Shown here piece by piece: positions 7,349 through 16,574 of a stretch of 64,000 bases of DNA. The DNA comes from Candidatus Omnitrophota bacterium (GTDB lineage: Bacteria; Omnitrophota; Gorgyraeia; Gygaellales; JAMWDD01). The stretch is from NCBI GenBank assembly GCA_028717645.1, contig JAQUNK010000002.1:12897-76896 (forward strand), in the 5' to 3' direction. Within the stretch, counting starts at the first letter, position 1, and the number at the start of each line of letters is the position of its first letter. The position numbers were made by a program, and so were the translations under genes. The notes under the pieces were generated by a model. The model searched no databases, was not told where the DNA came from, and was given only the letters and a program-made list of their open reading frames with translations.

Positions 7349-8719
7349 ATGAAAAAAGGCCTGATTTTCGCATTTATTTTATTTTTAAATTTAACGGCAG
7401 CCGCTTTTGCCGAAAAAAATTGTAGCTCTCCCGTAGCCGCGGCAATAAAAGACTACGCTATTACTCGCTATAAAGCCGGAGAATACGCCGACGCGCGGCA
7501 CGAATTCAGCAAGTGCCTGATGATCGAGCCGGAATGCTCGGTCTGTAGCGATTATCTCGATAAAATAAATAAAATACAGCGGGAATCGCCCGAAAAGGCG
7601 CTGGATTATTATGAAAAAACGCCGGTGGCCATTCTAGAGTCACAGAAACTCGATGAGTGCAAGACCTTTGTTTTCGACGGCACCAAATCTTATACCCCCG
7701 AAGGAAAAATCGTTACCTATGCCTGGGATTTTGGCGACGGAACAAAGGCCCAGGGCCCTTCAGTTGTCCATACCTACGCGAAAACGGGAAAATATAACGT
7801 TACCCTTACCGCAACCAATGATTCCGGGCTTGCCTGCAATAAAGCCATGGTCACCGAAGAATTGACCGTTGCGGCCGCGCCGAACATTTCTATCGAAGGG
7901 CCGGTTTCCAGCTGCCCGAATACCGAAGTAGCCTTCGAGGCCAAGGTTGACGCAGCGAACAAAGATAAATTTATGGTGAGCTGGGATTTCGGCGACGGAA
8001 CAACTGCCGAAGGCCTGGCTGTAAAGCACACTTATGCACAAGCCGGAAAATATACAGTAAAGGCCAAGGTTACGGATGATTCTCTTCAGGGTTGTAACAG
8101 CGCAGTAGCCGGATCGGCCATAAAAATAAATATGCCTCCTAAGGCTGTGGCAGGAAATGACATCATTACTTGTTTTCCCGCTGAGCAGCCGACCCTCGAG
8201 GTCAAGTTCGACGGTTCGGCTTCAGAGGGGGAATCTTTGACCTACCTCTGGGATTTCGGCGACGGTGTTACCTCGAATTTGGTCAGGCCGGTGCATGTTT
8301 ACCGTAAATCCGGAAAATATAAAGTAACATTGACTGTAACAAGCGACGCGCAATCTGCGTGCAATAAATCAGAAGACTCCATTAATGTTATTCTGAACCA
8401 TCCGCCTATCGCCGACGCCGGCGAGAACAAGGTATGCTGCCTGGGCGAGCCTGTGTTATTCGATGCTTCGCGCTCAAGCGACCCGGACGGTGACGTGCTC
8501 ACCTATGCCTGGGATTTCGGCGACGGGACATCTTTTGAAGGTAAAGAAGCGACGCATACCTACGCAAAGGCAGGAGAATACAAGGTGGTACTTAAGGTAA
8601 GCGACGGATTTATGCAAAGTAATTGTAATTCCAGCATCGCAGAATTCACCGCCAAAGTGGCCGAAGTGCCCGTGGCGATAATGACCATAAAACCTTATAC
8701 AGCAGAAGAAAATAAATAG
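7349..8719 (+). CDS. secreted PKD-domain repeat protein (about 4-5 PKD domains)
   Basis: Signal peptide present. The WDFGDGT...HTY signature recurs at roughly 85-aa spacing. The SD is AAGGGGG. Confidence 0.75.
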   Translation: MKKGLIFAFILFLNLTAAAFAEKNCSSPVAAAIKDYAITRYKAGEYADARHEFSKCLMIEPECSVCSDYLDKINKIQRESPEKALDYYEKTPVAILESQKLDECKTFVFDGTKSYTPEGKIVTYAWDFGDGTKAQGPSVVHTYAKTGKYNVTLTATNDSGLACNKAMVTEELTVAAAPNISIEGPVSSCPNTEVAFEAKVDAANKDKFMVSWDFGDGTTAEGLAVKHTYAQAGKYTVKAKVTDDSLQGCNSAVAGSAIKINMPPKAVAGNDIITCFPAEQPTLEVKFDGSASEGESLTYLWDFGDGVTSNLVRPVHVYRKSGKYKVTLTVTSDAQSACNKSEDSINVILNHPPIADAGENKVCCLGEPVLFDASRSSDPDGDVLTYAWDFGDGTSFEGKEATHTYAKAGEYKVVLKVSDGFMQSNCNSSIAEFTAKVAEVPVAIMTIKPYTAEENK

Positions 8720-8751
8720 TCTTTATATTTTAAACCAAAATGGAGGTTAGT

Positions 8752-11334
8752 ATGCGCGTGCAAAAAGTAATTTCTTTGCTGTTTCTATCCGTCTTTTTAT
8801 TTTGTGCCACTTCTTTCGCCGCTCGTATTCCCCCGGTTGAATCGGGAGCGGAATATTTCTATATCTTCGGGCCCGACGGTAATCCTTATTACGGCGCCTA
8901 TACCGGCGATGTTACGTTTTATGTCGATGTGGATAAGAACACGGACAAAGACGTGGTTATCGAGATCATCAATCCCGGCGTAAGCACAAAACTGGATGAT
9001 TGTTATAAAGAATGCGCCACGGAAACCGAATTCAGCATTTACGGCAGCGGCCTCCTGGACAGCAAATCTTTTATCCAGCAGGATCCCAATAAACTGGTGT
9101 ATCGATTCGGCCCGTACGCGGCGAATAAAGGGACAGCAGTAGGCACTAAATATAGATTCAAGGTAGTGGTCAAAACGCTTAAGGGTGATGACGCCAATCT
9201 TTTTGCCTTGAATGTCCTACCCGAAGACAGCGAAGTTTTCACTTACGGCCTTCCTTTTAGGCTAACTAAGGTTGAAGGCAAGGAAATGCATTTTTATCCC
9301 ACTGTCCCCGCGAATACAGAATACATCACTATGCGTACTTATGATATTGATCCCGACGGAGGGATGAGCTATCTTTACGCGGGAACGCGAAAATACAAGA
9401 TCACTGATTCTGCCAGCGGTGCCTGGTCGGAAACCAAAATTCCGCTTTCCAATGCCGAAGCAGTGAGCCTAAAATATGTTTTGATAAAAAAGACCCAGAA
9501 GCACGGAAACGCGGTGATCAGCGCCCTGGATAATAAAGGTAACCAGATACCGATTTATTTTAGGCCTCCGTTAAAGTTGGCTTTTGTATCCACACAAAAA
9601 GAGACTGTGCGTTCGGTCGCTCCTAAAAAGAGGCCGATACCGGAGTCAAAGAAAAATAAACCCGTAACCAGCGCCGCCAAAAAGGCCAATGTGCCGGTGG
9701 CAAAAAAGAGCATAAAATTCGTGCCGCAGGCAGAAACCAAGTTGGGCGGAAAATGCGATACATTTATTTTTGACGCAACAGAATCTTATGATCCCAACAA
9801 AAGGCCGCTGGCCTTCCGCTGGGATTTCGGCGACGGCTCAAGCTCCGACCAACAGGTCGTGACGCATACTTATAAGAAAGCGGGATCATATACGGCAACT
9901 TTGTCTGTTTCCAATAATACAGACTTGGCCTGCAATAAAGATACTAAGACCCAGTCGGTAAGAGTGAATTTCCCGCCCAAGCCGGTATTGAATGTGCCTG
10001 ATGTTTCCTGCGTTAACCAAGAAGTCGTTTTTGATGCCACAGATACCACCGGTAGCGAAGGTACAAAGCTTTCCTATGTGTGGGACTTTGGCGACGGCGC
10101 AACTTCACAGGAAGCCAAGGCCAAGCATACTTATAGCAAGAACGGTGTATACAAAGTTGCATTAGTGGTCAAGGATGATTCTGGTACGCCCTGCGATACC
10201 AGTTCTGCGATCCGGACCATCAAGATAAACGCCGCACCAATAGTCAAGATCGATGAGAAAATAATTTTATGCGAAGGCGACCCGGATAAAGCACTGGAAG
10301 TGACCTTTGACGGCTCGGCATGCTCTGATCCGGACAACGACAGCCTGACTTACCTCTGGGATTTCGGCGACGGGAAAAAAGGCGAGGGCCAAGTTATTAC
10401 GCATACCTATGAAAAAGGCGGTAATTATACCGTGCGCCTTACCCTTGCTGACGATTCCAATTCCGGCTGTAACAGTGCCACTGGTGTTATTCAGGTGAGC
10501 GTTAACCATTCTCCCAAGGCCGTGGCAGGTGAAGATAAGAATATCTGCTCCACCGAAGAGGTTTCCCTGGACGGTTCAAGATCGTACGATAGAGACAGAG
10601 ACGAACTTACGCACTCTTGGGACTTAGGCGACGGCACAAAGAAGGTCGGGCCGAAGATCACTCATCGTTATGCAAAGGGCGGCAGGTACAATGTTACTTT
10701 AACCGTAGATGACGGCCGCGGCACGAGCTGCTCTAAATCTATCAGCTCTTTGGTGGTGAATGCCAATACCGCGCCTTTCGCATCTCTAGAGGCTTCCAAG
10801 ATCGCCTGCGTAGGCGAACAGGTATCTTTTGACGCTACGGGTTCCCATGACTTAGACGGTGACACTCTTACCTACATCTGGAACTTCGGTGATGGAAAAG
10901 AAATGAAGGTCGGGCCGCTGGTCACGCATCGTTTTGATAAAGGCGGGAAATATAACGTGAGTGTAACGGTCGACGACGGAAGAAAATCTCCATGTTCCAA
11001 GGCGATCGCCCAGGCGGAAATTAAGATAAATACTCCGCCGGTGGCAGTAAGCGGGCCGAACCTGGTTTGCTGCGCAGGAGACATTGCCCGTTTTGACGGT
11101 TCGCGCTCCAGCGATGCCGACGGAGACGACCTTACTTATCTCTGGGATTTCGGCGACGGAGGTACGGGTAAGGGAAGCAAGGTGACCCATGAATATAAAA
11201 AATCCGGCACATACACAGTGGTCCTTACGGTAAAAGATAATTCCGGCTCAAAGTGCGATAGCGCGACGGCGAAATTTACCGCACAGGTAAGCGAGAGCCC
11301 TGTTTCCGTGATGAAAGTAAAACCGAAGCAGTAA
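8752..11334 (+). CDS. large secreted PKD-domain repeat protein (unique ~300-aa N-domain, Lys/Pro-rich linker, >=7 PKD domains)
   Basis: The ORF track starts at 8740; the ATG at 8752 is favoured because GGAGG lies 5 nt upstream. Eight W(D/N)FGDG repeats are present, and the C-terminus is paralogous to the preceding gene. Confidence 0.75.
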   Translation: MRVQKVISLLFLSVFLFCATSFAARIPPVESGAEYFYIFGPDGNPYYGAYTGDVTFYVDVDKNTDKDVVIEIINPGVSTKLDDCYKECATETEFSIYGSGLLDSKSFIQQDPNKLVYRFGPYAANKGTAVGTKYRFKVVVKTLKGDDANLFALNVLPEDSEVFTYGLPFRLTKVEGKEMHFYPTVPANTEYITMRTYDIDPDGGMSYLYAGTRKYKITDSASGAWSETKIPLSNAEAVSLKYVLIKKTQKHGNAVISALDNKGNQIPIYFRPPLKLAFVSTQKETVRSVAPKKRPIPESKKNKPVTSAAKKANVPVAKKSIKFVPQAETKLGGKCDTFIFDATESYDPNKRPLAFRWDFGDGSSSDQQVVTHTYKKAGSYTATLSVSNNTDLACNKDTKTQSVRVNFPPKPVLNVPDVSCVNQEVVFDATDTTGSEGTKLSYVWDFGDGATSQEAKAKHTYSKNGVYKVALVVKDDSGTPCDTSSAIRTIKINAAPIVKIDEKIILCEGDPDKALEVTFDGSACSDPDNDSLTYLWDFGDGKKGEGQVITHTYEKGGNYTVRLTLADDSNSGCNSATGVIQVSVNHSPKAVAGEDKNICSTEEVSLDGSRSYDRDRDELTHSWDLGDGTKKVGPKITHRYAKGGRYNVTLTVDDGRGTSCSKSISSLVVNANTAPFASLEASKIACVGEQVSFDATGSHDLDGDTLTYIWNFGDGKEMKVGPLVTHRFDKGGKYNVSVTVDDGRKSPCSKAIAQAEIKINTPPVAVSGPNLVCCAGDIARFDGSRSSDADGDDLTYLWDFGDGGTGKGSKVTHEYKKSGTYTVVLTVKDNSGSKCDSATAKFTAQVSESPVSVMKVKPKQ

Positions 11335-11343
11335 ACTAACTGC

Positions 11344-11373
11344 TTGACAAAGTTTGCTGAGATATTGTATTAT
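11344..11373 (+). promoter_or_regulatory. sigma70-like promoter TTGACA-18-TATTAT upstream of the OMP gene
   Basis: The hexamers are read directly from the sequence, and the ATG is 41 nt downstream with an SD (AAAGGGG). Confidence 0.5.
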
Positions 11374-11413
11374 CAGTGTACGTATATTTTAAAAATATAA
11401 AAAGGGGTTTAAG

Positions 11414-12004
11414 ATGATAAGGAAGTTTTTGGTCGTGGTTTTGTGTTTGTTGGCGCTCAATTTATTTTCCGGAGTGAGCAAGGCGTCTGACGGCAAGAAA
11501 TCCTGTATCAAAGAACTCGGTATCCTGACCGGTTATGCCACCGGCAACCTCAAAAATAAGGAACATTACGAACTAGTCCCGACGATATTGCGCATCGGTT
11601 TTGATCTGAAGCCGGTTTTGCATAAAATTAATAATTTTAACCCAAAGGGCCTAGTAGAATTTGAGCTGGAACCTTTTGCCAGCACCGTCATCAGCCCTAA
11701 CAATAACGCAGAAGTAGGGTTTGGCCTGCTCTTTAAATACGCTTATCCGGTTACGGAAAGATTATATCCTTATATCGAAGGCGGCGTGGGTTTTATTTAT
11801 ATTACCCAGCACACGCTGGAACAGTCGACGCAATACAATTTTACGCCCCAGGGCGGCGTGGGCCTGACTTATTTCCTGAAGAAGGACCGGCTGGCACTTA
11901 ATGTCGGTTATCGCTACCGCCATCTTTCCAATGCCTCTATCAAATCTCCCAATAGCGGCATTAATGTAGATATGGGCCTATTGGGCCTGTCGCTATTTTA
12001 TTGA
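11414..12004 (+). CDS. outer-membrane beta-barrel protein, PagL/acyloxyacyl-hydrolase-like (lipid A deacylase family candidate)
   Basis: Signal peptide, alternating amphipathic strands, C-terminal aromatic (…LSLFY) and an RHLSNAS His/Ser pair near the C-terminus. Confidence 0.4.
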   Translation: MIRKFLVVVLCLLALNLFSGVSKASDGKKSCIKELGILTGYATGNLKNKEHYELVPTILRIGFDLKPVLHKINNFNPKGLVEFELEPFASTVISPNNNAEVGFGLLFKYAYPVTERLYPYIEGGVGFIYITQHTLEQSTQYNFTPQGGVGLTYFLKKDRLALNVGYRYRHLSNASIKSPNSGINVDMGLLGLSLFY

Positions 12005-12029
12005 TCCCGGTTTCTAACTTTTCCAGCCG

Positions 12030-12581
12030 ATGAGCTATGCGTTAGCTTTAAATAAGGCCTGGACAGACCTGGAAAGAGGATCTCAAAGCAAGAAATATAC
12101 CGTAAAATTCTTAAGCGACGAATATTCCGTCGATATTGCCAAGAGACAGATCCTTTCCTTATCTTGTAACGCGCCGAGCAAAGAGTTCCTTTCCATCCTC
12201 ATTCTGCATTATCTGGAGAAGAAATTAAAGGGCCTGCCTGAATTGAGCCATGAGTGGATGTCCTTTAAGGAGATACCGGAAAGCCTGGGTTACTACCCTA
12301 CGTTTAAAAAACGCGTGTTTGAGCCCCTGCTAAGAAAATACGGCGCGCACCCTGAAGCAGTGCTGGAGAAGCTCGAGTCTCTGGCAGCTAAAAAGCTTGA
12401 GTACGGGGATGTGGGTATTCTGGTAGAGGCGTTAGAAAATGTCCCTATTTTAGTGACCTTTTGGCGCGCCGATACGGAATTCGGCCCCGAGGTAAACGTC
12501 CTTTTTGACCGCAGTATTTTACAAATATTCTGCACTGAAGATATCATCGTATTGGCAGAATTCATTGCCAGGACAATTTAA
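12030..12581 (+). CDS. hypothetical cytoplasmic protein (183 aa), immediately upstream of the B12-radical SAM gene
   Basis: The ORF is intact with no recognisable motif; it possibly belongs to a DUF family found next to radical SAM genes. Confidence 0.3.
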   Translation: MSYALALNKAWTDLERGSQSKKYTVKFLSDEYSVDIAKRQILSLSCNAPSKEFLSILILHYLEKKLKGLPELSHEWMSFKEIPESLGYYPTFKKRVFEPLLRKYGAHPEAVLEKLESLAAKKLEYGDVGILVEALENVPILVTFWRADTEFGPEVNVLFDRSILQIFCTEDIIVLAEFIARTI

Positions 12582-12586
12582 AAAAA

Positions 12587-14032
12587 ATGAAAGTTTTGTT
12601 GATCGATCCGCCTTGTGATTATTGGGGTTTTGCCGGGGGGGCCGACTCTTGCGCTCCGCCCATTGCCCTGGCCACTGTGGCGGCATACCTGGAAAAGAAC
12701 GGCATTGACGTTTCGATAATAGATTGCAACGTCGAGAAAATAGATTTCGCCCGCCTTAAAGAACTGATCGGCCAGCGCCGGCCAAAAGTAGTGGGCCTGC
12801 CCAGTTCGATGATGTGTTTTGTACCCGCTTCTTTTAAGGTGGCAGAACTGGCAAAAGAGGTCAGCCCGGACATCGTAACTGTAGGCGGCGGAGTGCAGTT
12901 TACGCTTACCCCCGATGAGGCCCTGAATCGCTGTAAGGCGCTGGATTATGTTGTCCGCGGCGACGGAGAGTATCCTTTTCTGGACCTTTTAAGAGAATTG
13001 GAAAAATCGGCGCCGAATATAGAAAAAGTACGCGGCATATCTTTCCGTAAAAATAACCGGATCACCCATAATCCTGATCACGATGTAGTAGCCAATTTAG
13101 ACGACCTGCCATATCCTGCTTGGCATCTCCTGCCTTTTGATAAATACAGCCTGCCGATCATTCCCAAAAAGTGGGGAGGGCTGGCGATGGTCACTACTTC
13201 GCGGGGCTGTCCGCATAAATGCACATTTTGTTCACCGCGTCTCTCACAATATCCCTACCGGCATATGAGCGCTAAAAAAAGCGTGGATATGATAGAAGAG
13301 CTTTATCGCCGCTACAATAAAAAAGTCATCTGGTTAAGCGACCTTACCTTTAACGCCGACAGGAAAATGACCGAAGAATTCCTGGATGAAATTATCAGCC
13401 GTAAGCTCGACGTAAAGATCGCCGCCGAAGGCCTGCGCGCGGAATTCATTATCCGCGACGAGGATCTGCTTCCCAAGATGAAAAAGGCGGGGTTATTTTT
13501 CGGTTTTGTGGGCGTAGAAAGCTGCTCAAAAAAGAAATTGGATAAATATAAAAAGGCCTTGGCGCCTGAGCAGGCCAAAAAAGCAATACGGCTCTTAAAA
13601 AAGCACGGGATACACACCTACTGCTTCTTTATTATCGGGGAGCGCGATGAGGACAGGGAAGATATCCTGGAGACCTTAAGGTTTGCTAAGGAGCTCGACC
13701 CGACCATTGCTATATTTTCCTGTGCCACACCTTTCCCGGGCACGGATTATTACCGCGCGCTCGAAGATTCCGGCGTCATCGAAATAAAGGACTGGTCAAA
13801 ATACGACTTAGCACATCCGATCGCGCCCACGAAATACTTAAGTATAAAAGAAGTGCAGGAACTGCAGGGTTATTGTTTCAGGAGTTTTTACGTGCGGCCG
13901 CTCAAGATCATCAAACACGTAGTGTTCGGCGACGCGTTAGAGCGTAATTGGTACCTTACCCAACGCATCAGAGGGAAAGATTTTGCCCAGGTGGGTATGG
14001 ATATGGAAAAAGCAAAAAAACACTGGGCCTAA
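12587..14032 (+). CDS. B12-binding-domain radical SAM protein (class B)
   Basis: The N-terminus has a Rossmann-like cobalamin-binding region (KVLLIDPP…IDCN). The TSRGCPHKCTFCS CxxxCxxC radical SAM motif is present. Confidence 0.75.
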   Translation: MKVLLIDPPCDYWGFAGGADSCAPPIALATVAAYLEKNGIDVSIIDCNVEKIDFARLKELIGQRRPKVVGLPSSMMCFVPASFKVAELAKEVSPDIVTVGGGVQFTLTPDEALNRCKALDYVVRGDGEYPFLDLLRELEKSAPNIEKVRGISFRKNNRITHNPDHDVVANLDDLPYPAWHLLPFDKYSLPIIPKKWGGLAMVTTSRGCPHKCTFCSPRLSQYPYRHMSAKKSVDMIEELYRRYNKKVIWLSDLTFNADRKMTEEFLDEIISRKLDVKIAAEGLRAEFIIRDEDLLPKMKKAGLFFGFVGVESCSKKKLDKYKKALAPEQAKKAIRLLKKHGIHTYCFFIIGERDEDREDILETLRFAKELDPTIAIFSCATPFPGTDYYRALEDSGVIEIKDWSKYDLAHPIAPTKYLSIKEVQELQGYCFRSFYVRPLKIIKHVVFGDALERNWYLTQRIRGKDFAQVGMDMEKAKKHWA

Positions 14033-15555
14033 ACAGGCAGGGTGATCTCTTTTTCCAGCGTTGCGGTAAATGTCCCCGACGGGTGGATATTTATCTCTTC
14101 GATCTTTTTGCGGATCTTGTCTAATGATGACCTGCGTATCTGTTTGACCACCGGTAAGGCAATGATATTGCTGATATATCTCCAATGCGGAGGCGGCAGG
14201 CGCATTACCTTTAGTACATGGGTATAGATCTGCATGGAAAGCCGGCTGAAACTTTCTTCGAGGGTAATGATAAAATTATTGCGCACGGCGCAGACTTCCT
14301 TGATGCGGTCGAAGGCTTTTTCTTTGTTTAAGCCCGGGTAAAGATAGAACAGGGGCTTAAGCATGTTGTAATCCTCAGCGATAAACCCGTCTCTACGGAT
14401 AATTTTTTCTAACTCCGTCCCCTTAAATAACCTCACTCCCAAAGTAAAGATCACCAGATTATTTTTCCCTGACAAATATTTTTTGGCGAATTCCAGCGAT
14501 TCTTCGACCGTTTTTTCCGTTTCTCCGGGCGAGCCGAATAAAAAGAACCAGGCTGCGAAAAGGCCGGATTTATTGGCGAGTTCGGCGGTCCTGATCACAT
14601 CTAGCTTGGTAAAGCCCTTTTGCATGGCCTCAAGCATTTTATCGGAGGCGCTTTCTGCGGTGATCTCTACGGAACTAAATCCCGCCTGTTTCATCAGGCT
14701 GAACAGTTCTTCGGAGGTTTCCTTCGGATTTATCCCCATGGTAGTGAAACGCGCTTTTATTTTCCTTCTGATTATTTCGCGGCAGATCTCCAGGGCATGC
14801 CTTAAGGGCATATTAAAAGTAGAATCGACAAAATCAAAATACCGGTAACCGGTTTTCTTGATCAACAATTCTATTTCATCCGCAATGTCACGGGCATCCC
14901 GCAGCCGGTAAGAATCCCCCTCGATATTGGCATAGACACAGTAGATGCAGCGGTTGATACAGCCGCGTTTTGTTTGTATGGGCAGGCCCGCCTGGGAACG
15001 GAAATATTCTTTGGGGTCTATCCAGTCAAGGATGCCGGATGAAGAAAATTCTTTGCAGCGGTTCGGCTGTGCAGGGATAAACTGGCCGTTTTTTAAACAA
15101 GAGAGCCCAGGCACGCCCTCGAGCGGCTTACCCGCAGCTACTCTTTGCGCGATCTGGCCAAAAGGCTCTTCTCCGTCGCCGATGACCGCATAATTGCAGC
15201 CCAGGTATTCCATGATCTCTTTGGGTAATATGGACACGGCCGGACCGCCCAGGATGATGGGCGAGGGCGAGAGGCTTTTACAGGTATTGACGATTTCTTT
15301 TACTTTTGCCAGCTGCCAGTTGGGATAGATAAAGCTTACCGTATCTATGTTCCTTAGCGATAGGCCGATAATATCCGGAGCAAAACGGGGGATCTCTTTT
15401 TTTAGCAAAGGCAGGAAATCTTTGATGAAACAAAGGTCAATGACCTTGACTTCATGGCCCAGGTGCTTAAGGCTTGATGCCACATAGGCTATGCCGATAG
15501 GCATGACCGGCGTATCGAATTTTTCCTGGTTAGTATTGATCAGGAGGATCTTCAT
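14029..15555 (-). CDS. B12-binding-domain radical SAM protein (class B), convergent paralogue
   Basis: KILLINTNQEKFD…VIDLCF B12-like N-terminus and TKRGCINRCIYCVY motif. Its 3' end overlaps the + strand paralogue by 4 bp. Confidence 0.75.
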   Translation of the reverse strand: MKILLINTNQEKFDTPVMPIGIAYVASSLKHLGHEVKVIDLCFIKDFLPLLKKEIPRFAPDIIGLSLRNIDTVSFIYPNWQLAKVKEIVNTCKSLSPSPIILGGPAVSILPKEIMEYLGCNYAVIGDGEEPFGQIAQRVAAGKPLEGVPGLSCLKNGQFIPAQPNRCKEFSSSGILDWIDPKEYFRSQAGLPIQTKRGCINRCIYCVYANIEGDSYRLRDARDIADEIELLIKKTGYRYFDFVDSTFNMPLRHALEICREIIRRKIKARFTTMGINPKETSEELFSLMKQAGFSSVEITAESASDKMLEAMQKGFTKLDVIRTAELANKSGLFAAWFFLFGSPGETEKTVEESLEFAKKYLSGKNNLVIFTLGVRLFKGTELEKIIRRDGFIAEDYNMLKPLFYLYPGLNKEKAFDRIKEVCAVRNNFIITLEESFSRLSMQIYTHVLKVMRLPPPHWRYISNIIALPVVKQIRRSSLDKIRKKIEEINIHPSGTFTATLEKEITLPV

Positions 15556-15644
15556 TTTAATTTTTATCCTTTTTAAAGCAGCTCAATTATATCTAAAAAT
15601 TAATGGAAATGCCAGCACAAAAATGATATTATCAAATGAGGCCC

Positions 15645-15786
15645 AAACTTACGGAACGAGCGTTAGAGAGTAAACGTAAGTTTGCTGGCCGAATTTGTCC
15701 CGCCTTTTTGGCGGTTTGATAAACAGTTATCCTGCCCAAAAGGGCGGGATTAATCCGCGCAAATAATCCCGAAGTTTCGGGATTAT
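15645..15786. repeat. composite structured intergenic region: TTACG hairpin (AAACTTACG-N21-CGTAAGTTT), a 14-bp-arm hairpin (TCCCGCCTTTTTGG…CCCAAAAGGGCGGGAT) and a 24-bp perfect palindrome ATAATCCCGAAGTTTCGGGATTAT overlapping the ORF ATG
   Basis: Inverted repeats are read directly. The CCCAAAAGGGCGGGAT core and the TTACG hairpin both recur at 52007-52099. Confidence 0.45.
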
Positions 15787-16567
15787 GCGCTCATTAAAAA
15801 TGTCAGAAGATAAACAAGCAGCTTTCAGGCGTTGGCAGGACTCTATGCAGTTCAAAAGTTCTCCGGAAGCCCTTTTTAAGTACCACCTGCCGGTATTGGC
15901 CGTCTTTATATCCATTGTTTGTTCAGCCTGCATCGTGATTTTCGCGAATAAGCAGTCTGTTTTATCTTGCGTGGTGGTGGATGTTTGTTTGTGGCTGGCT
16001 TCTTTTTTGTTCTTGAGGCTCGGTTTTGTTGGTAAAAGAGACGATTATCTGAAACAGCATGGGAGGGCAGCGTATAGGGTTGCCGCTTTCAAGTTTCTCT
16101 TGCCTTACGGCGCGTTATGGCTGGCCGCGGTAACTATGCCGTTGTGGGCGCCGGGAGAAAGGGCCATACGCTTATTCCCTTTTTCAATCATCGGCCTGGT
16201 TGTGTTGGTGGCGGGATTTTTCCTAATGCGTAAGATATTGAATGTATTTGGGATAGACCGCCTGATCTATCTGTATACCTATTTTCCGGAAGATGCAACC
16301 ATAGTAAAGCTAGAGATCTTTGAATTTATTCGCCATCCGGCTTACGCGGCTTGGATATATTTCGGCGCGGCGTTTTTTCTCATCCGCGGTTCCTGGGCGA
16401 GCCTGCTATGCTTAGCGATAAATTTTATCGCTATTTATATTGTAGCCAGGGCTGAAGAAGGAGATATCATCAAAGATTTCAAAGGAGATTACTACGCTTA
16501 TCAAAACAGCGTTCCCTGTTTTTTCCCAAAAAGGCCGCTGGCTTTTGTAAAGTTCATCTTTAAATAA
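15785..16567 (+). CDS. ICMT/PEMT-family integral-membrane carboxyl methyltransferase-like protein
   Basis: It is polytopic, and the C-terminus carries the family signature IRHPAYAAW…ARAEEGDIIKDFKGDYYAYQNSVP (RHPxY … EE…Y motif). The true start may be the ATG at 15800. Confidence 0.65.
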   Translation: MRSLKMSEDKQAAFRRWQDSMQFKSSPEALFKYHLPVLAVFISIVCSACIVIFANKQSVLSCVVVDVCLWLASFLFLRLGFVGKRDDYLKQHGRAAYRVAAFKFLLPYGALWLAAVTMPLWAPGERAIRLFPFSIIGLVVLVAGFFLMRKILNVFGIDRLIYLYTYFPEDATIVKLEIFEFIRHPAYAAWIYFGAAFFLIRGSWASLLCLAINFIAIYIVARAEEGDIIKDFKGDYYAYQNSVPCFFPKRPLAFVKFIFK

Positions 16568-16574
16568 GGATCCA

